Below are positions 49,433 through 59,246 of a DNA stretch of 64,000 nt, in pieces. Every line of letters starts with the position of its first letter. Position 1 is the first letter of the stretch. The position numbers were made by a program, and so were the translations under genes. The notes beneath the pieces were generated by a model, which worked only from the letters and a program-made list of their open reading frames with translations, was not told the DNA's origin and made no database searches. This DNA is from Puniceicoccaceae bacterium (GTDB lineage: Bacteria > Verrucomicrobiota > Verrucomicrobiia > Opitutales > Oceanipulchritudinaceae), in NCBI GenBank assembly GCA_040830765.1, contig JBFOMH010000020.1, positions 1-64,000 on the forward strand, written 5' to 3'.

Positions 49433-50866
49433 ATGACACGATTAGTTTGGAAGCCATTTTTTGCTCTGGGGTTCATCCTTTTTTTGATTTTTTCCGGATG
49501 TGGAGAACGGCAGGTCCCTGTTGAGGAAATCGTTCAACAAGCGGAATCCCTGATGGAAGTGGGCCAGATCGAGGGAGCGATTAGCCTCCTGGAAAAGGGT
49601 CTGGATTCAAACCCCAACCGGGTTGACATCATGGAACCGCTGGCCTTTGCCTACTCCGCCAGCGGGGACCCCGTGATGGCCGCGATCACCTTCAAACGCA
49701 TCGCGGACCTGGTAGCCGAAGAACCGGAATACCTTCTCTATTCCGCTGAATCCCTTCTTGAGGCAGATGACCGAAAAGGTGCGGTAGCCCGCTATGAGGA
49801 GTACCTTGAGGTACGTCCTGAGGACCGTGCGATCTGGATTACCCTGGCCGAACTGCAGGCGGATTCCGGAAGAATGGGGGAAGCTCTGGAGGCATTTCTG
49901 GCAGCTGAACGGATTCAGACCCGTCCGGTACAACAGGTTGCCATCGGCCAGCTATATCTGCGCTCCCAGAATCTCGCCCAGGCCCAATCGTGGTTTGCGA
50001 GGGCCCTGGAAGGCGATGCCGATGTCCGGGATGAGGCCCTTCTGGGACTTTTGGAAACGGCGATCCGCTCTAAGCGTTTTTCAGAAGCGGAACAATTGCT
50101 CCGACAAATTGATGCGGAGTACCCTGGTCGAGTCGACCAGTCCTCCCTTGACGGGGTCAGGGACCAACTGGCGGAGTGGCGTCGGCGCCGGGAGGCCGCA
50201 TTGGAAGCATTGGCGGCCTTGGAGGAAAAAGCTGCCGAGGAGGCGGCGGCCAGAGAGTCCTCAGCCGAGCCGGAGGAAGCTGTGGTCGCGGAGGCCGTTG
50301 AAACGATCCCTGAGCCGGTTCCAGAGGCGGTTGCGGAAAGTGAGTCCGAGCCGGAGGGTCCGCCAGCTGCTGATGAGCCCGTGCGGGAAGTTGCCGCCCA
50401 GCCAAGACCGGAAGATCACCTTGCCTGGGCTCGACAATACCGGGAACAAGGGGATACGGAGGAGGCGATTCGCCGCTACAAGCAGGCCCTCGTGAAAAAC
50501 GACAACCAACCGGTGATTTGGGCAGAGTTGAGCGAGCTGTATTTGGAGACCGGGCAGAACAGATGGGCCCAAGCAACCGCAAACGAAGCATTGCGGCGGG
50601 ATCCGCAAAATCCAAAATTGTTCCTTCAGTTTCTACGGGCGGCCCAGCGGACCATGGACCCGCAGCAAGTTATTAATGAAGCAGAAAATGGCTACCGGCA
50701 GTTTCCCGAACAACCGGAGATCGTCCTTGTTCTCGCCCGAGCCTATGCCGATCAGGGGAATGCCCGCAACGCCTACATGCTTTTCCGCAAGTTTCTCGAC
50801 CTGGTCCCGTTGGAGCATCCAGAACGGGCAAATGTTGAATTTGAGTTGCAACAGCTGGGACGGTGA
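49433..50866 (+). CDS. TPR-repeat lipoprotein
   Basis: Lipobox FSGC; two TPR blocks separated by an E/A/P-rich linker. Confidence 0.85.
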   Translation: MTRLVWKPFFALGFILFLIFSGCGERQVPVEEIVQQAESLMEVGQIEGAISLLEKGLDSNPNRVDIMEPLAFAYSASGDPVMAAITFKRIADLVAEEPEYLLYSAESLLEADDRKGAVARYEEYLEVRPEDRAIWITLAELQADSGRMGEALEAFLAAERIQTRPVQQVAIGQLYLRSQNLAQAQSWFARALEGDADVRDEALLGLLETAIRSKRFSEAEQLLRQIDAEYPGRVDQSSLDGVRDQLAEWRRRREAALEALAALEEKAAEEAAARESSAEPEEAVVAEAVETIPEPVPEAVAESESEPEGPPAADEPVREVAAQPRPEDHLAWARQYREQGDTEEAIRRYKQALVKNDNQPVIWAELSELYLETGQNRWAQATANEALRRDPQNPKLFLQFLRAAQRTMDPQQVINEAENGYRQFPEQPEIVLVLARAYADQGNARNAYMLFRKFLDLVPLEHPERANVEFELQQLGR

Positions 50867-50898
50867 TGGTCCCCCGATTCCTGCCAGCTTACTGAGGT

Positions 50899-52761
50899 AT
50901 GCCGTTTTTTTCTGAAGAGACCCTGCAGGCTGTACGGGCTATCCCCTTGTACGACATTGTCCGGGGAACAGTCGAGTTGAGCCGCTCCGGGCGTAACTGG
51001 AAAGGCTTGAGCCCGTTCACCGATGAGAAAACGCCCTCTTTCTACATCCTCACGGACAAAAACTACTACAAGTGCCATTCCAGCGGGTTGGCCGGTGATG
51101 GAATCCGATTTCTCCAGGAGACGGAGAAACTGACCTTCCCCGAGGCGGTCGAGGCTTTGGCGGAGCGCTTCAACATCCCGGTTACCTACGCCAGCGGGCA
51201 AGGACCCGACCCGGAGGTGAGAAGCCTCAAGCAGGCCCTTCTGGATATCCATGAGTATGCCCGCGAGTATTATCACCAGGCGTTTCTGGCAGATCATCCG
51301 GTGGCTGAGGAGATTCGCCGCTACTGGATTGAAGAGAGGGGATTTCCCCTCGAGCTGGCGGAGGAATTCAGTATTGGGTTTGCTCCACCGAAGAGCCGGC
51401 GCCTGCTGGAAGTTTTGCAAGGCAAGGGATTTTCAAACAAGGCCTTGGCTGAATCAGGACTGTTCCACACCCGTGGCAGGCCCTCTGATCCGGATTCCTG
51501 GTTTTTCGTTTTCAATGGTCGCTTGATGATTCCCATTCGGGATCTTCAGGGACAGGTGATTGCCTTCACTGCGCGGCAGCTCGAGATGACACCGAAAGAC
51601 CACGCTTCCTGGAAGGCCAAGTACATCAATTCACCGGAGACGCTGCTGTTCAGGAAAAGTCATTTGCTCTTCAATCTGGACCGGGCCAAGGAGGTTGTCC
51701 GGGAAAGTGGCCGCATTCTCCTCGTCGAGGGCCAGTTGGATGCATTGCGCTGCTGGAACTGCGGATTAAAGGACGCGGTTGCCCCTCAAGGAACTTCTGT
51801 CACGGAAGACCAGCTAAAGCTGGTTAAGCGGTATGTCGACAGGCTTGAGGTTCTCCTGGACAACGATGCAGCCGGTGCCAAGGCGGTGTTGCGGCTCTTG
51901 CCAATGGCGTTCAAGTGCGGTTTGGAGGTCCATGTTATCAACCTGCCAGAAGGGGAGGATCCTGATGACTTTTTATTGAAAAACGGGGCTGAAGCCGTTG
52001 CCGGACTGGAGAATCAGTCAGGTATTTCTTTTGCCGGGAAGGTCCTGGTCGGGACAGGGGCACCGTCCCCTGAGCAACGGTCAAAGGCCCTCCATTCACT
52101 GTTTGAAATGCTTGCCGCCTGCCCCAGTGCTGTTGTCCGGGAAGGGTATTTTGAAGATGCCGTCGCAGCCACCGGGGTATCCCGGGAGGCTGCCCGCCAG
52201 GACTTTGCCCGGTTCTCCGTTGCCGCACCAACAGCCAAGCAGGCCATACCCGCCAAAACCATAAAACGGGGAACAAATTCATCCGAAACATTGACAAACT
52301 TGGAAGGCGACTTAGTTTGGGCCGTCCTTAAGAATGTTGGGTGGGCTGAATCTCTTGCGCAGGTCATTGACCATCAATGGATTAGAATCCATACCATCGA
52401 AGGCAAAGTGCTGTCCCGCATTCTGGCCCAGGCAACAGTTGATCGCATTGAAAATTCTGACGACATCCTTTTCCTTCTCGAGACTGACGAAGAGCGGGAT
52501 TGTGTGGCTCGCTACACGGTGGATGACCGCCCGGATTCCGACATGCCAACTTATGTCAACCAGACCATCGCTTCATTGGCCCGTCGTTTCTGCAAGGAAC
52601 GGGTCGATCATTTGAACCAGGAAATTTCCAAAACCACCCAGACCAATAGTGATCCTTCCCAAATCCGTGATTTCATGATGGAGCGTCAGGAGCTGATGCG
52701 CTTCATGCAAACCGGTCCTTTCCCAACAGCCGAATCACCCCCTGCCTCCACCGACGAATAA
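50899..52761 (+). CDS. dnaG: DNA primase
   Basis: [35 protein letters not shown]; upstream of rpoD. Confidence 0.96.
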   Translation: MPFFSEETLQAVRAIPLYDIVRGTVELSRSGRNWKGLSPFTDEKTPSFYILTDKNYYKCHSSGLAGDGIRFLQETEKLTFPEAVEALAERFNIPVTYASGQGPDPEVRSLKQALLDIHEYAREYYHQAFLADHPVAEEIRRYWIEERGFPLELAEEFSIGFAPPKSRRLLEVLQGKGFSNKALAESGLFHTRGRPSDPDSWFFVFNGRLMIPIRDLQGQVIAFTARQLEMTPKDHASWKAKYINSPETLLFRKSHLLFNLDRAKEVVRESGRILLVEGQLDALRCWNCGLKDAVAPQGTSVTEDQLKLVKRYVDRLEVLLDNDAAGAKAVLRLLPMAFKCGLEVHVINLPEGEDPDDFLLKNGAEAVAGLENQSGISFAGKVLVGTGAPSPEQRSKALHSLFEMLAACPSAVVREGYFEDAVAATGVSREAARQDFARFSVAAPTAKQAIPAKTIKRGTNSSETLTNLEGDLVWAVLKNVGWAESLAQVIDHQWIRIHTIEGKVLSRILAQATVDRIENSDDILFLLETDEERDCVARYTVDDRPDSDMPTYVNQTIASLARRFCKERVDHLNQEISKTTQTNSDPSQIRDFMMERQELMRFMQTGPFPTAESPPASTDE

Positions 52762-52789
52762 CGATCCTTCCCAACTTTTCAAACCGACC

Positions 52790-54910
52790 ATGCCAGCAAA
52801 GAAAACATCTGCCAAGAAACAGCCTCAAAAGAAAAAAGCAGCTGCCAAGAAAGCCGCTGTGAAGAAATCCGCCCCCAAAAAGGCTACCGCCAAAAAAGCG
52901 GCCACCAAGAAGGTTGCTGTGAAAAAGACGGCTACCAAGAAGGCGACTGCGAAAAAAGCGCCCACGAAGAAGGCTGCGGCGAAGAAGACACCTGCCAAAA
53001 AGGCAGCCGCGAAAAAAGTGAGTGCCAAGAAAAAGGCATCGGCAACCAAGAAGGCTGCGACCAAGAAGACCGCTGCCAAGAAGGTTGCGGCCAAGAAAGT
53101 GCCTGCGAAAAAGTCGGCCGCGGCGGCCAAGAAAGCGGCTGCCGAAAAGAAAGCGGCAGCCAGAAAATCCAATCTTGAGGCCGTGGCCAAGAAGATAGCG
53201 GAGAAGAAAGCCTCCGGTAAGAAAGGGAAGGCCAAGGACAAGGCCGCTACCGGCGAGGACAAGTCCGCGGATGTCAATGATCGCATCCGTTCGCTGATCC
53301 GGCTGTCCAAGGAGCAGGGTTTTCTGACCTACAAGGATATCAACAGCCAGCTTCCTGAAACCGTTGATTCCCCCAGCGAGATTGAAAACGTCATCACTAT
53401 CCTCGAGAACCTCGACATCGATATCATCGATTCCGAGGAGGTGGAGATGTACAAGCAGCGCCTCGAGGAAAGTACCGAGGAGGAAGTCCGCAATGCCCAG
53501 TCGGACATTCTTGATGATCCGGTGCGCATGTATCTCAAGCAGATGGGACAAGTGCCCCTGCTGACCCGCGAGGAGGAAGTGGCTATTTCCAAGCGCATTG
53601 AGGAAGCCGAGATGCGTGCCATGGATACCCTTTTCTCGATCGCCTTCACAAAGGGCTTCCAGAGGGAATTGGCGCAAAAGCTGATCGATCGGGATGAACG
53701 GTTCGACCGTGTAGTCCTCGACAAGAAGATCGAAAGCCGGGAGCAGTACTTCAAGTTGTTGCCGCGACTCATTGAGCAGATTGATGCCATTGAGAAGAAG
53801 CTGGATGAGGCCTGGGTTGTGGCCCAGTCTGGCAAGGACAAGGGGACCCGGGAGAAGGCCTTCAAGCGTTACGAAAAATACCAGGCTGAGCTAAAGCCGA
53901 TTTTCCGCAAATTCTGTTTCAAATTGAAGGTTTTCGAGGAGTATCTGGAAACCCTCGAACCGATGATCCGAGAAATCCACACCGTGGTGGAGAGCAAAAA
54001 ATTGGCCGAGCAGGCTAAGACGCGGCGCGGCCGGGCCATCGACATCGACAAGGTCAACAAGCGGCTGGGGGAAATCCAGCAGCAGTTACGGGTCGAGCCG
54101 ACCGATTTCCTTGATATCCTCAAAGGTGTCCGCCGCGGAATGCGCATGGCTCACCGGGCAAAGACGGAAATGGTGGAAGCCAATCTGCGATTGGTCATTT
54201 CCATTGCCAAGAAGTACACCAACCGTGGTCTCAGCTTCCTGGACCTGATCCAGGAAGGCAACATGGGCCTGATGAAGGCGGTCGAGAAGTTCGAGTACCG
54301 CCGGGGCTACAAATTCAGTACCTATGCCACATGGTGGATTCGTCAGGCCATTACCCGCTCCATTGCCGACCAGGCCCGGACCATTCGAATTCCGGTCCAC
54401 ATGATTGAAACCCTCAATAAGGTCATGCAGGTTCAGAAGCAGCTTCTCCAGGAGCTCGGACATGAGCCTACTGCTGAAGAGGTGGCCGATGAAATGGATC
54501 TCCCCGTGGAACGGGTGCAGCAGATCATGAAGATGGCCCAGCAGCCGATTTCCCTGCAAAGCCCGGTCGGGGACAGCGATGATACCAATTTTGGTGACTT
54601 CATTGAGGACAAGGGTGCTGACAATCCCTACGACATGACGGCCTATTCCCTTCTCCGGGAGAAAATCATGGATGTCCTCGATTCCCTGACGGACCGCGAA
54701 CGGCGCGTCCTCAGCCTGCGATTTGGTCTGGTGGACGGATACAGCCGGACACTGGAGGAAGTGGGTCGCCAGTTCAACGTGACCCGGGAACGTATCCGCC
54801 AAATCGAGGCCAAAGCCTTGAGGAAGATGCGTCACCCCACCCGCATCCGCCAGTTGCACGGATTCTTCGAGCCCGAGCACGTGAAGAATCAGCTGGAACC
54901 GAATCCGTAG
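52790..54910 (+). CDS. rpoD: Primary sigma factor RpoD with Lys/Ala-rich N-terminal extension
   Basis: Region 1.1 (GFLTYKDIN), [50 protein letters not shown]. Confidence 0.97.
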   Translation: MPAKKTSAKKQPQKKKAAAKKAAVKKSAPKKATAKKAATKKVAVKKTATKKATAKKAPTKKAAAKKTPAKKAAAKKVSAKKKASATKKAATKKTAAKKVAAKKVPAKKSAAAAKKAAAEKKAAARKSNLEAVAKKIAEKKASGKKGKAKDKAATGEDKSADVNDRIRSLIRLSKEQGFLTYKDINSQLPETVDSPSEIENVITILENLDIDIIDSEEVEMYKQRLEESTEEEVRNAQSDILDDPVRMYLKQMGQVPLLTREEEVAISKRIEEAEMRAMDTLFSIAFTKGFQRELAQKLIDRDERFDRVVLDKKIESREQYFKLLPRLIEQIDAIEKKLDEAWVVAQSGKDKGTREKAFKRYEKYQAELKPIFRKFCFKLKVFEEYLETLEPMIREIHTVVESKKLAEQAKTRRGRAIDIDKVNKRLGEIQQQLRVEPTDFLDILKGVRRGMRMAHRAKTEMVEANLRLVISIAKKYTNRGLSFLDLIQEGNMGLMKAVEKFEYRRGYKFSTYATWWIRQAITRSIADQARTIRIPVHMIETLNKVMQVQKQLLQELGHEPTAEEVADEMDLPVERVQQIMKMAQQPISLQSPVGDSDDTNFGDFIEDKGADNPYDMTAYSLLREKIMDVLDSLTDRERRVLSLRFGLVDGYSRTLEEVGRQFNVTRERIRQIEAKALRKMRHPTRIRQLHGFFEPEHVKNQLEPNP

Positions 54911-54921
54911 TTCGTCGCCTT

Positions 54922-55004
54922 TGGAGTGCGGCGGCTTGACGCCGCCTTCAATCAGGCTCGACATGTCGAGCCCTTTCAAGGCGCTGACATGTCAGCGCAC
55001 TCCA
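54922..55004. repeat. Structured intergenic palindromic (REP/MITE-like) element
   Basis: Terminal inverted repeat TGGAGTGCG/CGCACTCCA around three hairpins, two of them perfect 18-bp palindromes centred on GACATGTC. Confidence 0.65.
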
Positions 55005-55012
55005 TGGAGGAC

Positions 55013-55045
55013 AAAAAAAGACCACACGGAAAGGTGTGGCCTTTT
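55013..55045 (-). terminator. Intrinsic terminator of rpmG, possibly bidirectional
   Basis: Minus strand reads GGCCACAC-CTTTCC-GTGTGGTC-TTTTTTT; a short T-run also follows on the plus strand. Confidence 0.7.
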
Positions 55046-55070
55046 AGTTTTAAAAAGCTTGGTAAGAAGC

Positions 55071-55238
55071 CTACTTGATTTCGCGGTGCAGGGTGTGGCG
55101 GCGAAGATGAGGATTGTACTTCTTCTTCTCGATGCGGCCCTGTTGCAGCTTCTTGTTGCGGGTGGACATGTAGCGGGAAACCGGCTTGTTCTCTCCGCGG
55201 GCTTCTGTGCATTCCAAAATGATGTGTTCTCTCGGCAT
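55071..55238 (-). CDS. rpmG: 50S ribosomal protein L33
   Basis: [13 protein letters not shown]...RYMSTRNKK...[17 protein letters not shown]. Confidence 0.95.
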   Translation of the reverse strand: MPREHIILECTEARGENKPVSRYMSTRNKKLQQGRIEKKKYNPHLRRHTLHREIK

Positions 55239-55311
55239 GGCTAAAAATAGGTTAAACGGGGTAACCTGAGGGTTTTTACAGGCTGTGCAAGTCAGAAATG
55301 ACCCCGTGAGA

Positions 55312-56403
55312 TCAATTTCCGGACCCGGCTGCTGCGGTTCCGTTTTCTTCCTGATGCCCAAGGGAACTGCCCCCGACCACCTGGACCTTGCCATAGATGG
55401 CCCGGGTGATTTCCTCGGCCACGTCCGGATTTTCCATCAGGTACTGCTTGGCGGCTTCGCGGCCCTGGCCAACAAGATTGCCGTCGTAGGAAATCCAGGA
55501 GCCCTTTTTCTCGAGGATCTTGTGCTCAAGCCCGAGGTCGAGAACGGAGCCCGTACGCGAGATACCCTCGTTGTACATGATGTCGAACTCGCACTCTGTG
55601 AAGGGTGGGGCGACCTTGTTCTTGACCACCTTGAGCCGCGTCCGGTTACCCTTGACCGAGCCGGATGTGTCCTTGATGGCCCCGATGCGACGGATATCCA
55701 TCCGGATGGAGGCGAAGAACTTGAGTGCCCGGCCGCCCGGTTGGGTTTCCGGATTGCCAAACATGACCCCGATTTTCTCGCGAATCTGGTTGGTGAAAAG
55801 GCAGACACACTGGGTGCGGTTGATGGCTGCGGTCAGGCGCCGCATGGCCTGGCTCATCATCCGGGCCTGCAAGCCGACGGTGCTGTCCCCGAACTGGCCA
55901 TCGAGCTCATTCTTGGAGACGAGAGCCGCCACCGAGTCGATGACAATAATGTCGATGGCGCCGCTGCGGATCAGTGTTTCAGTAATATTGAGGGCATCCT
56001 CACCGCTTTCGGGCTGGGAAACCATGAGATTATCCACGTCCACCCCGACCACCCGGGCGTAGCGCGGGTCAAGGGCATGCTCGACATCGATGAAAACGGC
56101 GTTGCCGCCAGCCCGCTGGGCCTGGGCAATCAAAGCCAGGCAAAGGGTGGTCTTACCGGAGGATTCCGGACCGTAGATTTCGCTGATACGACCTCTGGGG
56201 AGCCCGCCGACGCCGAGGGCCAGGTCAATTGAAGGACAACCGGTGGGAATAACGGGTATTTCCACCTTGGAGGCTTCCCCGAGGCGCATGATGGCGCCAT
56301 CGCCGAATTGCTTGTTGATGGCGGAAAGGGCTAAATCGAGAGCCTTGTTCCCCGGTGCGGGTGCTTTTGTGGATTTTGCTGTCGTGCTGCGTGCCATGAT
56401 CAT
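55312..56403 (-). CDS. recA: Recombinase RecA
   Basis: [49 protein letters not shown]. Confidence 0.98.
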   Translation of the reverse strand: MIMARSTTAKSTKAPAPGNKALDLALSAINKQFGDGAIMRLGEASKVEIPVIPTGCPSIDLALGVGGLPRGRISEIYGPESSGKTTLCLALIAQAQRAGGNAVFIDVEHALDPRYARVVGVDVDNLMVSQPESGEDALNITETLIRSGAIDIIVIDSVAALVSKNELDGQFGDSTVGLQARMMSQAMRRLTAAINRTQCVCLFTNQIREKIGVMFGNPETQPGGRALKFFASIRMDIRRIGAIKDTSGSVKGNRTRLKVVKNKVAPPFTECEFDIMYNEGISRTGSVLDLGLEHKILEKKGSWISYDGNLVGQGREAAKQYLMENPDVAEEITRAIYGKVQVVGGSSLGHQEENGTAAAGSGN

Positions 56404-56564
56404 GAAATTGTTTAGCTTTCAGGTTTCTAGCAACTTGAGACCATAATTATTTTCAGGCAAGAAAAATGTGTTATTATGTTCACTATTTCTGAAATGGCTG
56501 AAATTTGGCGCTGAATTACACCGGCGGCATTGACCTTGGTCCGGATCTGGCCATCCCTGAAGGC

Positions 56565-57116
56565 ATGATCTGTGTGATTTCGGGAACCTCGCGTGACGGC
56601 AGCAACGGCCTCAAGGTGGCGCGGCATGTCGCTGGTATCTATGAAGAATTGGGGGAAACCGTCGAGTTGCTGGACCTGTCCGGATTGCCGGATGGATCGT
56701 TCAGCGAGTCGGTTTTCAAGGAGAAGCCGGCCGATTTGGAGGCAGCCTACACCGACAAGGTCCTGGCCTCGGACGGCGTTGTGGTGGTGGTGCCGGAATA
56801 CAATGGCAGCTATCCCGGCATCCTGAAGCATTTCATTGATCTTCTGCCTTTTCCGGAAAGCTTTGAGTGTCGTCCGGTGGCTTTTATTGGCATCGCCGGG
56901 GGGTATTACGGTGGCTTGCGGGCGGTTGAGCAGCTGCAGATGGTTTTTGCCTACCGCAATGCCTATCTCTTCAACCGGAGGGTCTTCATTCCCTCGGCTT
57001 ACAGCCTCTTCGATGAGGCAGGCGAAATTAAGGACGACGATCTCAAGGATCGCCTCAAGCTTCAGTCGACCAAGTTTATCGCCTTCTCAAAGGCCTTGAA
57101 GGGTTTGGAAGGATAA
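56565..57116 (+). CDS. NADPH-dependent FMN reductase
   Basis: ISGTSR..S, PEYNGSYPGILK, GGLRA. Confidence 0.9.
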   Translation: MICVISGTSRDGSNGLKVARHVAGIYEELGETVELLDLSGLPDGSFSESVFKEKPADLEAAYTDKVLASDGVVVVVPEYNGSYPGILKHFIDLLPFPESFECRPVAFIGIAGGYYGGLRAVEQLQMVFAYRNAYLFNRRVFIPSAYSLFDEAGEIKDDDLKDRLKLQSTKFIAFSKALKGLEG

Positions 57117-57148
57117 GAGTGGAACTTTCCAGCGTCTTTTTGCACTAT

Positions 57149-57865
57149 ATGGATATGAGACGCTCAATTACCCTTTTCCTTGGACTGGGATTGCTGCTGG
57201 TCCTGTTTTCCGGTTGTGCGACCACCCACAAGGTCCGCGTTGATGCCCTGAGCATGGGTTCAGTGAACAGTGGTTCCGGTTTCACATATGTTCTGGCCAG
57301 CGGAACTGAAGGAGTTGATGAGACCGACTTGTTCTTCAAGACTGTGGGCCGTCATGTGAACCCGGTGCTGACCGGCAAAGGTTACCGCCTGGTTGAGGAC
57401 CCGACGATGGCGGAACTGGTCATTGTCGTGGATGCCTACATGTCCGAGCCACTGGTGGAGACCCGGCACTATTCCGAGCCGGTTTATTTACGTACCGGCG
57501 GATATTATCATCGGTACCGGGTGCCGGTCGTGAACAAGGACGGAAAAGTGGTTCGCTACCACTATGGCTACTACTGGGACCCGGGTTACATGCACCACGG
57601 TGGCTGGGTCAACAGCACCAGCCAGATCACGGTCTATGACAAGGTATTGCACCTGAGTGCAAAGCGCCTGTTGCCCACCGGTGAAGCAGGTGAGGAGGAG
57701 TGGACGACCAAGGCGGTCCTGCGCAACCGCTCCACGGACTATCGTTCCGCGTTGCCCATCCTCCTGATGGCGGCAACTCCTTATATCGGAGAAGAAACCG
57801 AGAAACAGGAGACGATTACCATCCGCGAGGATTCACCAGAGTTGGAGTCGTACAAGGTCAACTAA
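57149..57865 (+). CDS. Lipoprotein, DUF4136-like
   Basis: Lipobox LFSGC, GY..V...A.L.I, Tyr-rich loop, W..KA. Confidence 0.65.
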   Translation: MDMRRSITLFLGLGLLLVLFSGCATTHKVRVDALSMGSVNSGSGFTYVLASGTEGVDETDLFFKTVGRHVNPVLTGKGYRLVEDPTMAELVIVVDAYMSEPLVETRHYSEPVYLRTGGYYHRYRVPVVNKDGKVVRYHYGYYWDPGYMHHGGWVNSTSQITVYDKVLHLSAKRLLPTGEAGEEEWTTKAVLRNRSTDYRSALPILLMAATPYIGEETEKQETITIREDSPELESYKVN

Positions 57866-57871
57866 GGCGGA

Positions 57872-58396
57872 ATGGCGGACAATCCCGACGAGCTTTTTGA
57901 TGTCGTAGACAATGCGGATCGCGTCGTAGGTGTTGCCCGGAGGGCGGATGTCCATGCCAAGGGCCTTCTGCACCGGGCGGTCCATATCCTTGTCCTCCGG
58001 AAAGACGGGGCCATTTTCCTGCAGCAGCGTTCGATGGAGAAGGACAGTCATCCGGGCAAATGGGATTCTTCAGCCAGTGGTCATCTGGATAGCGGCGAAG
58101 GCTACGCTGAAGCAGCGGTGCGTGAATTGCGGGAAGAGCTTGGCGTGGAAGTGGATGACCTCATCGAGATCGGGAGGCTTCCTGCGAGCGAGGCAACAGG
58201 CCAGGAATTTGTACGCATCTACTGGGCCTTCCACGAGGGCCCCTTCCAGTTGCATCCGGATGAGATCGCTGGAGGCAAGTGGATTTCCCCTGCCGGTTTG
58301 GCGGCATGGATAGAGAAAATGCCGGAAGACTTTGCCCGTTGCTTCCTTGATGTCTTTGCCGAAGCCCTGCCGGTATTGGGAAAACTCAGCCGCTGA
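57872..58396 (+). CDS. NUDIX hydrolase (IDI/YfcD-like)
   Basis: DVVD, LHRAVH, Nudix box G...GE....AAVRELREELG. Confidence 0.9.
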   Translation: MADNPDELFDVVDNADRVVGVARRADVHAKGLLHRAVHILVLRKDGAIFLQQRSMEKDSHPGKWDSSASGHLDSGEGYAEAAVRELREELGVEVDDLIEIGRLPASEATGQEFVRIYWAFHEGPFQLHPDEIAGGKWISPAGLAAWIEKMPEDFARCFLDVFAEALPVLGKLSR

Positions 58397-59225
58397 GGTG
58401 GTTCTTGGTCAGTTGCTCGACGATGTAGGCTTTCGCCTCCTCCACGGAGTCAACAATCTTGAACAGGCCCAGGTCCTTTGGGGAAATCGTTCCAAACTCA
58501 AGGAAGGCCTCGAAGTTGATCACCTTGTTCCAGAAGTCGGATCCATAGAGGACGACCGGGAGAACCTTTTGCAGTTTTGAGGTCTGGATAAGGGTAAGGG
58601 TCTCGAACAGCTCATCCATGGTCCCGAAACCACCCGGGAAGGCGACCAGCGCCTTGGCGAGGTAGATAAACCAGAATTTGCGGACAAAGAAGTAGTGGAA
58701 TTCAAACTGCAGGTCCTTGGTGATGTAGGGATTGAGACCCTGCTCAAAAGGCAGGCTGATCCCGAGCCCTATGGAGGCCCCGCCGGCATCTCGGGCGCCC
58801 CGGTTGGCCGCTTCCATGATTCCCGGACCGCCTCCCGAGCAGACAATGAAGCGCCGTTTCTTATCCGGAAGGGACATGGACCATTTGGTCAATTCCCGGG
58901 CCAGTTCGCGGGTGGCTTCGTAATAAGGGGCGTTTTTCACATGGGCCCGCGCGGCCTCAATTTCCCGCGTCTCCTCTTCGGTTAACTTCTTTTTATCCTT
59001 GAAGCGTTCCTCAAGTGTGGTGAGCCGGTACTGGGCCACCTCAAGGGGAAGCGTCCGGGCTGAACCGAACATGACGATGGTGTCCTCGATGTTCTCTTCC
59101 TTGAAGCGCTTTTCGGTTTCCTCCAATTCGCAAAGGATGCGGATTTTCCGGGCTTCCGGACTGTTGAGGAACTCGAGATTCTTATAGGCCTTCGGCGGCC
59201 ACGGGTCTTTGTTTTCTTCTGTCAT
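58386..59225 (-). CDS. LOG-family protein (long form)
   Basis: FGSAR, GGGPGIMEAANRG, FHYFFVRK, PGGFGTMDE. Confidence 0.9.
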   Translation of the reverse strand: MTEENKDPWPPKAYKNLEFLNSPEARKIRILCELEETEKRFKEENIEDTIVMFGSARTLPLEVAQYRLTTLEERFKDKKKLTEEETREIEAARAHVKNAPYYEATRELARELTKWSMSLPDKKRRFIVCSGGGPGIMEAANRGARDAGGASIGLGISLPFEQGLNPYITKDLQFEFHYFFVRKFWFIYLAKALVAFPGGFGTMDELFETLTLIQTSKLQKVLPVVLYGSDFWNKVINFEAFLEFGTISPKDLGLFKIVDSVEEAKAYIVEQLTKNHLSG

Positions 59226-59246
59226 GGGCAATTGGATGGTGATGTC

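Noticed and set aside
52790..53200. CRISPR or DNA tandem repeat
   Set aside because: The 15-bp periodicity comes from KKxxA codons in rpoD; there are no identical repeats with spacers and no cas genes.
56404..56500. LexA box upstream of recA
   Set aside because: The best candidate, TGTTATTATGTTCA, has three mismatches to the TGTTC-N4-GAACA motif I recall for Verrucomicrobia; too weak to call.
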